Source: a virus | Length of the DNA stretch: 64,000 nucleotides | Strand: one strand, 5' to 3' | Virus record (IMG/VR): IMGVR_UViG_3300042445_001604 | Location: 1 to 64,000 of that record | Shown here: one piece after another, positions 10,401 to 20,400 of the stretch | Layout: each line of letters begins with the position of its first letter | Position numbering within the stretch: the first letter of the stretch is position 1 | The notes under the pieces: generated by a model | The model's database searches: none | What the model saw: the letters and a program-made list of their open reading frames with translations, nothing else | What the model was told of the DNA's origin: nothing | Position numbers and translations under genes: made by a program

Positions 10401-11731
10401 ATTTTGTAGACCCCGTTGGGAATTCGGCTCCCGTACTGGTAGCCAATCGGAGTCGTGACCTCAACATAGTCGTCTACGGAAAACTCGTGGTCGGTAGCGG
10501 TACTCATTTTAATCTTGCCAAGAACAATTTTTCCGTCTTCGTCAGCAACAGTCGCAGTTGCTGAAACTTTGACTACCTCTTTATCTTTGACAGCGACAGA
10601 GGTCTCAGCAAGTGTCCCGCTCTGTAGGAACGTAAATTTCTTTGGCGTGACAACTCGTCGGACTGGGTGCTCTCCGTTGAGAGTGGAGTCAACATTTTCA
10701 ATACGAACATCTTGACCCTCGGTCAAGTTATGCGGGACGGACGTAGTAATACTGGCTATTCCGTTACTAATCTGCTTGAGAGTGATGTCGGTGTAGTACG
10801 TTACACCAGGTTCAATATAGGCGTTAGGGAATTCAATGCCAGAGAAGTCGTTCATTACGGCGTCAATCAGTTTACGAATGTAGTCATACGTATCTGTGTT
10901 GATAGTAATAGTGAGACCATAGTACGTTCCCTCAGGAATACTTCGCGTAACCGAACCAGTCACGGTTGTCTGGTCGATATTAGAGCCAGTAATTTGCACC
11001 GTAAATAAATTGTTGGCAGAGTCAATAACAGATGCAACAGTAAACCGCCCAGTAAACTCTGCGTACAGTTCAACTACTATATCAACAACGTCACCCTTCT
11101 TCAGGTGATGAAATCCGTCAGTCTCAAATGTGACCGTGTTACTAGAGCGAGTAATTGCTACTACATCCGCGACAGTATTCACATTCTGCATTGTGAAAGT
11201 CCCAGTAGTTGGCGTCTCATCATTTCCAACTTTGTAGTAGTTGTTATGTTTGATGTCGTCTGCACTTTGAAAACTCAAGTAGAACGAAGAGCCAACCCGA
11301 AGAGGTTCGGTCATTCCAAAGTCGAGCGTGATTTTTCCAAGACCATTGGCATCGACAGTAAGAATTCCACCGAACTCGTGGTTCCACGTCTTCCAGATAC
11401 GACGGTGGTAGAAGTAACTAGTGAACTCACTGGCACTCACTTGGAGCGAACGGCTGACAATGTCGTAGTCACGTTGCCAAATAATTCCGCCCCAAACGCA
11501 GACCCCGTCTCGAACAACAAATAGAGCCGTGTTTCCAGGCATTGTTGATTCATAGAGATTGAGTGGTTCCGTTTGAGGGTTGATAGCAATGGAACCACCA
11601 AAACGACCAGCACCCTTAATGGCACGTTCATAGGTGACTCCCTGAAATGGCACTTCAGCAAGAATCTCGTTACTTAAGAGGTCAGCAGTGAAATACCTGT
11701 ATACAGGTGCTTTCGTGTTAGTCTCTGCCAT
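7460..11731 (-). CDS. minor tail (hub/Tal-position) protein with large repeat insertion
   Basis: N-terminus (DLLSNEILAEVP...VWGGIIW...YFYHRRI) and C-terminus (FEYPGNI...SYAPGDW) resemble actinophage minor tail proteins; the middle has many H[GN][LF]xxG[DE]xVx[IV] repeats. Confidence 0.8.
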   Translation of the reverse strand: MAETNTKAPVYRYFTADLLSNEILAEVPFQGVTYERAIKGAGRFGGSIAINPQTEPLNLYESTMPGNTALFVVRDGVCVWGGIIWQRDYDIVSRSLQVSASEFTSYFYHRRIWKTWNHEFGGILTVDANGLGKITLDFGMTEPLRVGSSFYLSFQSADDIKHNNYYKVGNDETPTTGTFTMQNVNTVADVVAITRSSNTVTFETDGFHHLKKGDVVDIVVELYAEFTGRFTVASVIDSANNLFTVQITGSNIDQTTVTGSVTRSIPEGTYYGLTITINTDTYDYIRKLIDAVMNDFSGIEFPNAYIEPGVTYYTDITLKQISNGIASITTSVPHNLTEGQDVRIENVDSTLNGEHPVRRVVTPKKFTFLQSGTLAETSVAVKDKEVVKVSATATVADEDGKIVLGKIKMSTATDHEFSVDDYVEVTTPIGYQYGSRIPNGVYKITKVTAKTFSYVNGSGQAIPATTFGDAQATVSSTSFDVAQAYVASDKVTIVTAEPHSYAVGDSVTVAGASPYHEIKTRSIDYYPQNTTVGISTITRVGNVVTVDTSAPHDLSQYELVNITGVTTATALNLTGAIVASIVDSTTFTYVTVASGSASAVVGSVEKYPLATLTASAEHHLQAGDTISVSGLTESVPVQAIEYVVNGNQTGVTVNNSAQTNNTVTLTTTAAHGFSVGNRVTISGTTRGSGKFNGTFEILTIPTTSSLTYKIDTKQTVASGVETGTILGFSYAIITTSAPHNFKRNSSLTFSDVLENYRVSKRSRTNGVVTLTTTTNHNIQASDEITVSGLYETTSSTQRRLIEGVATLTVPNTMGLAVNDKITVKNVAEEYTVTSASRKKNVIKLTLGEAHNIKVGDDITLTSIANKFYGPDADQRKEKNITTVTGQIVEFEFASSPTDAQKNVTIGATSVNATVTQVKSIFDGSHTISAVTPTSLSYSVGDPDVVSNLPLKAEAGTVQYLSPMNGKYTVASAPTAKTFTYSQGDAGGSDDLNNGDALRDNDNSPYPTVVVPSPIPSSSTVYDASTNTKFKVDISGLGLRTVPDSPVTSGSVESAMSVFNGTKQVVSVPTDNPLALSYSADRNLSGVSSSTQSVNNYAYFRPTDLFNAATKTITDVVEADNSFSFVKSHSDVPVYPIAGKGSAVVRPVAISRTYGGFPGNADIGLNFSTRGYSGVDVKPTLYRGFELVSVGEALDKYSDSIDGFEYRIDCSFDETTQSFTKTFVLIPINYPDPPAAGELSPLSRFGADRYVFEYPGNISNVAINESAENSSTRFFALGENDAGSDVGANYSAASDTELLGFDSFGRKWPLLDDDEKIDNTDDKNVLYAYANKYMKEARPPDAEITIALNGALEPAVGSYAPGDWCAIVIDDAFVRARLATDLEPRDNVLVRKIEAYSVSVPDGVTFPEKVTLKVVPEWEVDKRG

Positions 11732-11767
11732 ACCAGTCTTTCGTTTTACGACAACTCTATTGTACCA

Positions 11768-14605
11768 CTAACCAATCCACCCAGAACGGTAGATAACCTC
11801 CATTTTAGTGTCAGAGTCGCTGGTCACGCGAGTCACACTGTCGGTCGGATTTGCCACGGTCTTCACCGAAACATCCACGTCTGCGGTGGCTGCGGTGTCA
11901 GCAGCAGAAGCAATTGTTGCCGTAGTTCTGGTGAACCTAAACTTTCTTGTGGCAGTGACTGTAGCGGACGTGTCCGCTGCTGAGGTAATAGTCCCTGTAG
12001 CGGTGTGGGTGAAAGTAAGCACGGTGGTCGTCAATCCCCCGGCTAGAACCACCCAAGTCCCATTCAAAACGCCACTACCGTTTGTGCTTCCCGCCAGCAC
12101 AAAGGAGTCACCTGTGGTCAGACCGTGAGCAGTTCCAGTAGTGACAGTTACTGTATACCCAGAGCGAGCAGTGAGAGTGGCGGACGCGGGCGGGTTGATA
12201 GTCCACTGTCCGTTGAACACACCAGAACCGTTTGTGCTTCCTTGGATAGTGACAGTGTCGCCAGACTGGAAGTAGTGGTCTGCCACTGTAGTCACCGTGA
12301 CAACAGTAGTTGCTTGTTCAGTAGCACTAATCGCCGCCTTGAGCCCACCAACTACTGGGTACTTGATTGTTTTGTAGTCAGGGACGACCCGCACAACATC
12401 GTTGCCGATGTTCTTGTTGAATATCTGCTGATTTGTGGTGTTGACAATCGTACCAGTGGCAGCACTTGCTTCTTGACTGGTAGCCACTTTTGCGTAACTT
12501 AGCGTGTAGTCGGTTACGGCAGTGATAGGGCCCTGTGTGACGTTGAACGAAGTCTGACTGAGGTTGGTAGTCGTACCCCCGGATGCGATATCCAACGCAC
12601 CACCCGTGTATGTGGTAGTGGTGTAGGTGAAAGTATCCGTTGACGCACCGGGCACCGTGACACTGGCACCAAGCGTATTGAGTTCGGCGTTGGTTAGGTT
12701 GCCCACCACAATTCCAGATGAAGGGGTAGCCTCTAATAAAGTACCAGAGCGCAGATAGGTGAATGTAAACGGACTAACTATCGTCACCGAGTCGATGGTG
12801 TCAGTAATAATTCCATCAGAGTCGGCAAGGTCTTGATTTGTTTTGTTAGTAACAACTGCAGAACCAGACTCTGCGGAAACCTGCGTTTCGTCAAGGTTGG
12901 TGACAGTCTTTGCATACGTGAAACTGTCAGACTGCACACTAGTAATAGTTGCAGTGGCAGTAGAGAGTTCAGTGTTAGTTGCATTGGTAATTGCCGTCGA
13001 GGCTGCCAAAGTTTGAATGGATGTGTCGAGCGGGGTCCCGTACCCGATATCGGACTCGGACCCTCCGTTAGGGGTCTTGGTAAAGCCGTATTCAGTCCCA
13101 GCCGTAAGGTTGTCCGCTACAAATGTGGTGATGTTAGCGCTAACCACCACACTTACGCCAGTATTTTTATTTGTGACCGTGTAACTAGTTGCACCCGCGT
13201 TAGCAGTCCATGTGACAGTAAGACGCCCAGCAACGGTGGTGCTGGCAACCACACTGGGCGCACCACTAACAGTTATTGCTGTTTCAGCGGCCGAGGCAGA
13301 CGCTACTCCGTATTGGTCAGGTGTTTGAGCAATACCAATCGCGTTGTATGCGCGGACATAATATGAGTACTCGGTACCAACAGTTCGCCCAGTGTGCGAA
13401 TAAGTTGTTCCTGTTCCCGCTTGGTCGACAACAAGCGTGTCCGTGTTGGCATCGTAGATTCGATAACCAGAGATTGTACCACCAGAGTCTGCAGGGGCAG
13501 TCCATGCCAAGTTGAGTACCCCTGATGTAAGGGCATCGGGGGTCACAGTGAGGTTGGTCGGTGCAGTTGGGTTGCCCGATGCCTTACCTGACACTGCTGA
13601 AGACACTGTCCCTGTTCCGTTGACATTGACGGCAGCCACCGTGAACGAGGATGTGGCAAGTTCCGTAAGCCCCGTTACAACATAGTCGGGAGTTGAAGCG
13701 AGCGACGTCCCGCCTAGGGCTCCTTGGTACACACCGTTGACATAGATGTAGTAGTTAGTGATGGCTGAGCCACCGTCGCTAGTTGGCACAGTCCAACTCA
13801 ACTCAACCGCGCCTATAACCGTTGTGCTGGTAGTTGCGGTCAATCCTTGTGGTGCAGTGGGAACAGTTACTGGCGGGGCAATATATGGTGCAGTTGCAGT
13901 AGCCGTATTCGAGTCAACGCTCTGAGTTCCAGCAGTATCGGTAACAAGGTTGCGAGCACGAACAACAAAATTATAGGAAGTGTTGGCAGTAAGACCCGTA
14001 GCAGAGTATGTGGTGCCAGCAGTGCTTCCAAGAAGAGTGTACGTTGAACCAGAGAGTGTGTATACGTTGTAGATGGTGACGGCAGAGCCACCATCATCAG
14101 ACGGGGACAGCCATGAGAGTTCAACCCTGCCTGTCTGTGTTGTACTGGAGGTGGCAGTAAGAGTACGGGGGGCAGTGGGGGACTCTATGTAGGTGTAGGC
14201 ACCACCAATAGTTCCAGCCCATGAGCCAGCACCATTAGAAATAGTAGTTGTACCAGAACCATTTCGACTAAAGTACAAACCGTCACTGTTGTCAGACGTA
14301 CCAAACGCCACAGTTGAGCCATTAGAAATATACAGGGCAGATGTGAGGTCAGCATATCCCGTGGCACCTGGGGTGGAGTCAGCACTACGACTAATCGTGC
14401 CAGTCTTTTTTCCGCCAGCGTAAAGTTTTAGGGTGACAGTTGTTGTGTATCCTGCAACATTGATATTAACGCGCGTGATAAGTTGCGGACCTTTTCCATT
14501 AGCAGCAACACGGCGGGCAGGCACACTGACGTTTGAAGAAAGAATTTGATTGGTGTAGTCAAACCACGAGTTATAGGTTGACCCACCAAAGCCTACATTA
14601 GTCAT
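11768..14605 (-). CDS. minor tail protein with fibronectin type III repeats
   Basis: Three to four PTAPxxL...LSW..P..DGGS.I..Y...Y.F.V.A.N units; ends YRSGWIG. Confidence 0.8.
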   Translation of the reverse strand: MTNVGFGGSTYNSWFDYTNQILSSNVSVPARRVAANGKGPQLITRVNINVAGYTTTVTLKLYAGGKKTGTISRSADSTPGATGYADLTSALYISNGSTVAFGTSDNSDGLYFSRNGSGTTTISNGAGSWAGTIGGAYTYIESPTAPRTLTATSSTTQTGRVELSWLSPSDDGGSAVTIYNVYTLSGSTYTLLGSTAGTTYSATGLTANTSYNFVVRARNLVTDTAGTQSVDSNTATATAPYIAPPVTVPTAPQGLTATTSTTVIGAVELSWTVPTSDGGSAITNYYIYVNGVYQGALGGTSLASTPDYVVTGLTELATSSFTVAAVNVNGTGTVSSAVSGKASGNPTAPTNLTVTPDALTSGVLNLAWTAPADSGGTISGYRIYDANTDTLVVDQAGTGTTYSHTGRTVGTEYSYYVRAYNAIGIAQTPDQYGVASASAAETAITVSGAPSVVASTTVAGRLTVTWTANAGATSYTVTNKNTGVSVVVSANITTFVADNLTAGTEYGFTKTPNGGSESDIGYGTPLDTSIQTLAASTAITNATNTELSTATATITSVQSDSFTYAKTVTNLDETQVSAESGSAVVTNKTNQDLADSDGIITDTIDSVTIVSPFTFTYLRSGTLLEATPSSGIVVGNLTNAELNTLGASVTVPGASTDTFTYTTTTYTGGALDIASGGTTTNLSQTSFNVTQGPITAVTDYTLSYAKVATSQEASAATGTIVNTTNQQIFNKNIGNDVVRVVPDYKTIKYPVVGGLKAAISATEQATTVVTVTTVADHYFQSGDTVTIQGSTNGSGVFNGQWTINPPASATLTARSGYTVTVTTGTAHGLTTGDSFVLAGSTNGSGVLNGTWVVLAGGLTTTVLTFTHTATGTITSAADTSATVTATRKFRFTRTTATIASAADTAATADVDVSVKTVANPTDSVTRVTSDSDTKMEVIYRSGWIG

Positions 14606-14611
14606 ATCTGG

Positions 14612-17458
14612 CTACCTCGCGTACGTCAGGGTCGTGGATGTCGTACCAGTCAGCGTCTTAGTTGCTGTGCCGTCGGCATCGGTAATGGTCTGGTTAGTGA
14701 CGTTAGTGACAGTTCCTGTGTCCCCCATAGAACCGACAGCAGTGTTGCTTCCGTAATACAGATATGTGAATGTGTTGGCGGTGACAGTATTAATGAAGAA
14801 AGTCCCGTTACTTCCCGTATTAGTCACGGCAGCCACCGTAATTTTGTCACCAACATCAAATCCGTGAGCATTAGACGTAATAGTTACCGTGTAATACTCC
14901 CCTGACACAGTTGAGCCACCAAACTTATAGTTAGAAATAGTTTTTGAGACAGGAAGCGTCAGTGTCACAGAATCTTTAGCGGAGAAACCGTGGGCGGACG
15001 AAGTGTCCAGAGTCACCGTAGTAGGAGTGAGAGTCTTGCTTGTGAACGATGACGAGGTTGGAAGTGCAACATCAATTACGTCTCCGACAGAAAAGTTATG
15101 TGGAGTCTGCGTGTGAAGTGTCACAACATTGCTGACCGCTTTTTTCTTCACAACAAAGTTGCTAATAGGCATGACGATTGAGATGCTGTCACCAACAGAG
15201 AACCCGTGAGCCTGAGCGGTTGTCAGCGTAACGGAAGTCGGAGTCGCCGACTTACCCGTGATTGTTGCGGTAAGAGGTAAGGCAACTTGGACCGTGTCGC
15301 TGGTTGCAATCCCGTGAGCACCAGCAGTAGTAATAGTTATCGTGTCTATGCCACCGCTCGGACTGTCAAGCACAACTTTTTTATTCGAAACTGAAGCCTC
15401 AGTAGTAACTTGTACAGTAATCTTGTCGCCAACCGCGTATCCATGAGGCTCTTCGGTGGTAAGAGTTGCCACATTGCTCGTCAATGATTTAATGGCAATG
15501 TCTTTCGACTCGGGAAGCGCCACCGTGACTGACTCGCCGACTCCAAGTTGGTGGGCTCGGTCAAAGACGAGGGTGGCGAGAGAGACGGTGGCAAGCCCCG
15601 TGTCTGGGTCCACGCTCGCAGTGCCACTAGAAGTGTGAGTAAACGAGAATGTATTTGCTGTAACTGCAGTAATTGTCCACGAACCATCGAATGTGTTAGA
15701 CGTTGTCCCCTTGACAATAACTGGATAGTCCACAATAAAGTTGTGGTTGACGGATGTGGTCATCGTGACCGTTGAGCCAGAGCGGACAGATTTAATGATT
15801 GAAAATTCAAGCGTCTCATAAGACTTTTTACGCACCTTGTAAGGCACAATGTTTTCACGGAAGTCAACGTCGTTGTATCCCTGCTCAAACTTGAACCAAT
15901 CAATAAGAGGCTCAAGTTTTGAACGATGACCAGTGGAATCGTCGTTAAAGACAACGGTGTGATTGTAGGTGTCAATACTGAGTACGTCAGCAGTTTGCAA
16001 GCCCGCAGTAGCACCACTCAGGGTCACAGCACTAGAATCTGCGCCAACATAGTCATAAGTAAATGCGTAGGGGGATTCGTTAGAAACAGACGTTACGGTA
16101 ATAACACCATCAGCAGGCGCAAATTGCGGAGAGGGAATGTTTGACACTTCAAGGACATCTCCAACTTCTGCACCAGAGATGTAGTCAGTAACTGCCGTCA
16201 CAACATTGTCTGAGCGTGACACTTCGGTAATGTCGCAGACAGTTCCTGCTCCGCGTAGGCTAAATGCTGTTGTGACAAGTTCTTCAGCGAACTTACTAGT
16301 CGAACTGACAGTAGAGCCAGCGCCCAGCGGGCCAGTCAATTCTACATAGCCAGTGACACGAGTGTTCCCTTCATTTTCCAGACTGACAGAGTCGTTAGCA
16401 CCAGATATAAGAGAACTGGTTCCGTCTTGACTTTCATCGTTCCAGTAGTATTTGACAGGGTCAGGGGCACGCAACGGAATGGAGAACTCGGTTCGTCCAC
16501 GAGCATTGACGGTCTGAATTTGAGGTTGACCAACAAGCCACACCTTAGAGGCCCGAGTCGGCTTCTCATTCGTTCTGAGCCACGCAGACTTTCGTACAAG
16601 ATTGATGGCCTGAATTAGTTTATCGCGAGACTGAGGGATAAAGGACGGGTCTTGTGGAACAAAGACACCAGAAAGAGTAATTTGACGGGCAGAGAATCGA
16701 CCAGAAATATCGTACGAACCGTCCTCGGTACCACGGGTAATGTCGGGGACCTCAGGGGATGCTGTTGTCCACCAGCCATCAATCTCGGTGCACACCCAAA
16801 CAGTCCCATTTTCGTCAATAGTGTTGAGGACCAAGTCAGCAATAGCAATATCAGCATTAAGTTGCATACCCGTAATGTTTGGGACTGGCACTGGCCTGAG
16901 TGCTGTGTTGACTAGTGCAGTTTCTCGGCCTTGAGTAAAGTTATTGAAGAACTCGCCAACAAAATCATCTGCCTCCAACAGCCACCCATCAAGTAGGAAC
17001 ACTTGTTGAGCGAGCCCGATTATCTCCTGTTTTACAGAAAGATATGCTTTTGTGGCAGTACTAGGTGCGACAGCAACTAGTGCTAGTCGTTTCTCTTCCC
17101 AATCGCTACTGATGAGGACATTGACAACATCCGACATATTCGTTGAGATGAGAACGTCTCCATCGGTATACCACTCCACATACAAACGGAGAGAGGTGTC
17201 CTGAGTCTCGGATGGCTGGAATGCAGGAATATATGCATAAACCGAAATCGAATAGCGTTGATTGGGAGACACAGACAATGGGGAAGAACTTCGTATGCCA
17301 GCACCAGCAGACCCAGATACGTTGGTAATTTTGAATGAGGTGCTACCAAAATACGCAGAAGTCTCTTCAACCGATAAGGTTGCCCCACCAAGAGCAGTCC
17401 ACCCAACAGTGCTACTCCCAAAGGCGGAGGGATTAGGAATTAGGTTTGTTCTAGCCAT
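14612..17458 (-). CDS. distal tail (Dit)-like protein with N-terminal CBM-like domain and C-terminal repeats
   Basis: Follows the tape measure gene; NLIPNPS...DGWLLE module; GWW...RQITLSG...LRAPDPVKY...NEGN Dit-like core. Confidence 0.78.
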   Translation of the reverse strand: MARTNLIPNPSAFGSSTVGWTALGGATLSVEETSAYFGSTSFKITNVSGSAGAGIRSSSPLSVSPNQRYSISVYAYIPAFQPSETQDTSLRLYVEWYTDGDVLISTNMSDVVNVLISSDWEEKRLALVAVAPSTATKAYLSVKQEIIGLAQQVFLLDGWLLEADDFVGEFFNNFTQGRETALVNTALRPVPVPNITGMQLNADIAIADLVLNTIDENGTVWVCTEIDGWWTTASPEVPDITRGTEDGSYDISGRFSARQITLSGVFVPQDPSFIPQSRDKLIQAINLVRKSAWLRTNEKPTRASKVWLVGQPQIQTVNARGRTEFSIPLRAPDPVKYYWNDESQDGTSSLISGANDSVSLENEGNTRVTGYVELTGPLGAGSTVSSTSKFAEELVTTAFSLRGAGTVCDITEVSRSDNVVTAVTDYISGAEVGDVLEVSNIPSPQFAPADGVITVTSVSNESPYAFTYDYVGADSSAVTLSGATAGLQTADVLSIDTYNHTVVFNDDSTGHRSKLEPLIDWFKFEQGYNDVDFRENIVPYKVRKKSYETLEFSIIKSVRSGSTVTMTTSVNHNFIVDYPVIVKGTTSNTFDGSWTITAVTANTFSFTHTSSGTASVDPDTGLATVSLATLVFDRAHQLGVGESVTVALPESKDIAIKSLTSNVATLTTEEPHGYAVGDKITVQVTTEASVSNKKVVLDSPSGGIDTITITTAGAHGIATSDTVQVALPLTATITGKSATPTSVTLTTAQAHGFSVGDSISIVMPISNFVVKKKAVSNVVTLHTQTPHNFSVGDVIDVALPTSSSFTSKTLTPTTVTLDTSSAHGFSAKDSVTLTLPVSKTISNYKFGGSTVSGEYYTVTITSNAHGFDVGDKITVAAVTNTGSNGTFFINTVTANTFTYLYYGSNTAVGSMGDTGTVTNVTNQTITDADGTATKTLTGTTSTTLTYAR

Positions 17459-20400
17459 TAGTACATCGAACCCTTACGCATCAACTTTGTAATTTCTTGC
17501 GACACCGCACCAGCAAGTGCACGCTCGTCCATTCCAGGCGACGGGTTGACAGTGATACTGACACCGCCCATGTTCATGCCAAGGCGACTCGCCGCTTCTC
17601 TTACTATACCACGATTGCGCTCTTCCGAGCCCTTACGCCCAGAAACAAAGGCTTCCCAACCAGTTTCAGGTTCGGCAAACTTGTACATTGGACGTGCCAT
17701 TGAGCGGTACACTCCCTCAGCGATACCGCCAGAAGCAAATGCGGTTCCCTTGACGTGGTCGTCAAAACCACCAAACGCCCGAATCATATTGCCACCCACA
17801 CCTCCAACCATTGCAACAGTTCCTCCGACCTTACGAATAAAATCGTTTAAGTTCTTCTGTGCAGTGTCAGTTTTCAATTTAAGTTCAGCCACTGTCAATA
17901 TCGGAACAAAGCCAAGTTGTTTGACAAAGGCGTTAACTTCATCTGCAGAGAGACCAGCATTAATTGCCGTTTGCTTGAGTGCCTCATAGTTTTCCATGTA
18001 GCGTGCAGTTGCTTGTTCTATTGGGACGCCAGATTCAATGTCTTGTTTCATCTTATCTTTGACAGCCTGCGCTGCGGCGATAATAGCAGTTTTATTCGCG
18101 TCTGCTGCTTCAGAGTTCCCGAGGAGTTCTGTACCGTTCTGGCTGAGCGCATCTGACAGTTGACGTTGCGAATCTCGGAAGGCAATGTCGCCCTCAATAG
18201 AGGTTACAACTGTCTCATTGAGGGTCGTCAGGTGGTCTCTGAGTGTCACAACTTTTGGTGAGACACCCTCAGCGGAGGAGCCGACAGCGTCCATAGAGTC
18301 AGCCGTACCATACATACTTGCTGTAGTTGTATCTGCCGAAGAACTTACGCCATCCAAACCAGAAGATGCCGTAGATGTGCCCGTCTCTACCCGAGTACCC
18401 CACTCAAGAACACCATCGCCCAAGCCAAGCAACTCACCAAACCAGTCCACAACAAATGAGATGGCATCAATAAGGAATACCAAGACATTGACTAACAACT
18501 CAATTGCTGGCATCAGCAGGTTCAATATCGTGCCCGCACTTCCAGCCATAAATTCCATCAGTTTACCAAGCAGAGGAATAAGAAGTTTGGCAAGGTTCAT
18601 AATCAGTGGCATTACTGCGTCCACTACCCTCCCAAACAGGGCTGAGAGTTGACTAAATACTGGTGCCAGTCCAGCGAATACAGACTTGATTTTGTCAAAT
18701 GTATCTGTAAAAATTTTCTTGAATTCTTCATTGGAACTCGCAAGTTCCATGAATCCAACAACAAGCGCCGCCACTAGTGTGATGATAGCGCCAATTCCTG
18801 CAGCCTTTAGTGCCAATCCAAGTAGTCTTATAGATGCACCAAGCAAGATGGTCCCCGCCGATGCTAGAGCAGCGGCTGGCCCAACCGTAAACATTTGTGC
18901 AATCAAGCCCAAAAGAATCATTCCTGTTCTACCGATTGCATTGTATAACGGACCAATGAGCACCTTAGAGAACAACTGGAAAATACCAACCGCAGCCGCG
19001 ACTACGGTTATTAGTCCGATGAGTGCACCGACAAGAACATTAAACGCAAACTTTACCCCATTGGCTACAGACTGAAGCGCAAGGAATGTACCAAGTAGCG
19101 GACCAATCTGAGCAAGAAGTGTTTGGAACCACGCCTTCTCAACAAGATTAGCCACTGTAGTTGCGACACTCGTGAGAGTTCCGAGGAACGCGTCAATCTG
19201 CTCTGTGTCCACAAACGCTGCGAAGATTCTGAGAATCTGTACAGTCAACTCCGCAAGGGAGGGGGCAGCGTCAAGTAGTGCCATAGCAATTTTACGGATA
19301 GACGGCTCTGCTTGCTTGAGAATTTCAAACATCTCACCGACAGCGGGGTTAGCACCCATATCAATAAGAATTCGACCCATTTGCCCAAAAAACTCTAGCA
19401 TCGGCTTGACGTTCTCATTGACCGCTGCAAAGTAGTCTTTGAGGCCAGAACCGTTGACCCCGTCACGCAAATCATTGGCTGCACGGAGGCCGTCCGTGAG
19501 CCAGACAACCATCTCTCGGCCCGGAGAACCGTCCCCAAGGTTGGCTCCAATAATCTGACCAATTAGTCGGAATACTTCACCAAAGTACGCACCAAATTCG
19601 GCAGCAGCGTCTCCAGCAGTTTGGAAAAACTGAGCGAGACTTCCATCCTTGTCTAGGTCTTTGAGATAGTTGTTGAAGTTCTCAAAACCCTCCACAATCC
19701 AGTTGACAAATCGCTCCGCAACAGGAGCAGCCGCGTTCATTAGGCGGATAAAAATTTGCGTCAAAAGACCAAATGCTTCAGCCAATGGCCCAAGAAGTCT
19801 TGCTGAGTTTTCAAAGAATATACTAATAAGTTCTATTCCTTCAGCAGACGCCAAGAAATCAGCAACTCGCACTGCAGCAACTCCCAAGGCACCGCCAATT
19901 TTTGCCAGACCGTCTCCAATAGTTGGCAAGACCTTTGTAGCAAAAGTATTAATGGCACCGCTCAGTAGGGGCAAGAATGCAGCAGCCACCTGCTCTTGTA
20001 CTGCCTCAAATAGTGGCTTAAGTTTGAAGACTTCTTTAACAAACTCTTTTTGAGACTTAGTGAGACCCTCAAATGGGTCAGCCCCGCCCCCTGCTGTAGC
20101 GCTCTTGCGAGCCTCAGCAAGTGCTCGCTCTGCCTCGAGTTGTGCGCGGAGCCCATCACGGACTGTGCGGGCAAGGTCTGCTTCTGCTTCAGCCAATTCA
20201 CGGCGAGCATCGATGACATCTTGAGTTCCCTCGACGCCACTCTCTACGTACCGCTCTTGCTCGGCAGCAATGTCTGCGTTGGCATCTAGCGCCTGACGAT
20301 ACTGCAGTTCTGCTTGGGCGAACGCAAGTTCTGCCTCACGGCGGATACGCGAGTTTGGCGGGAGGTCCTGCACGCGGGCGAGTTCTTCTCTAGCCCGTTC

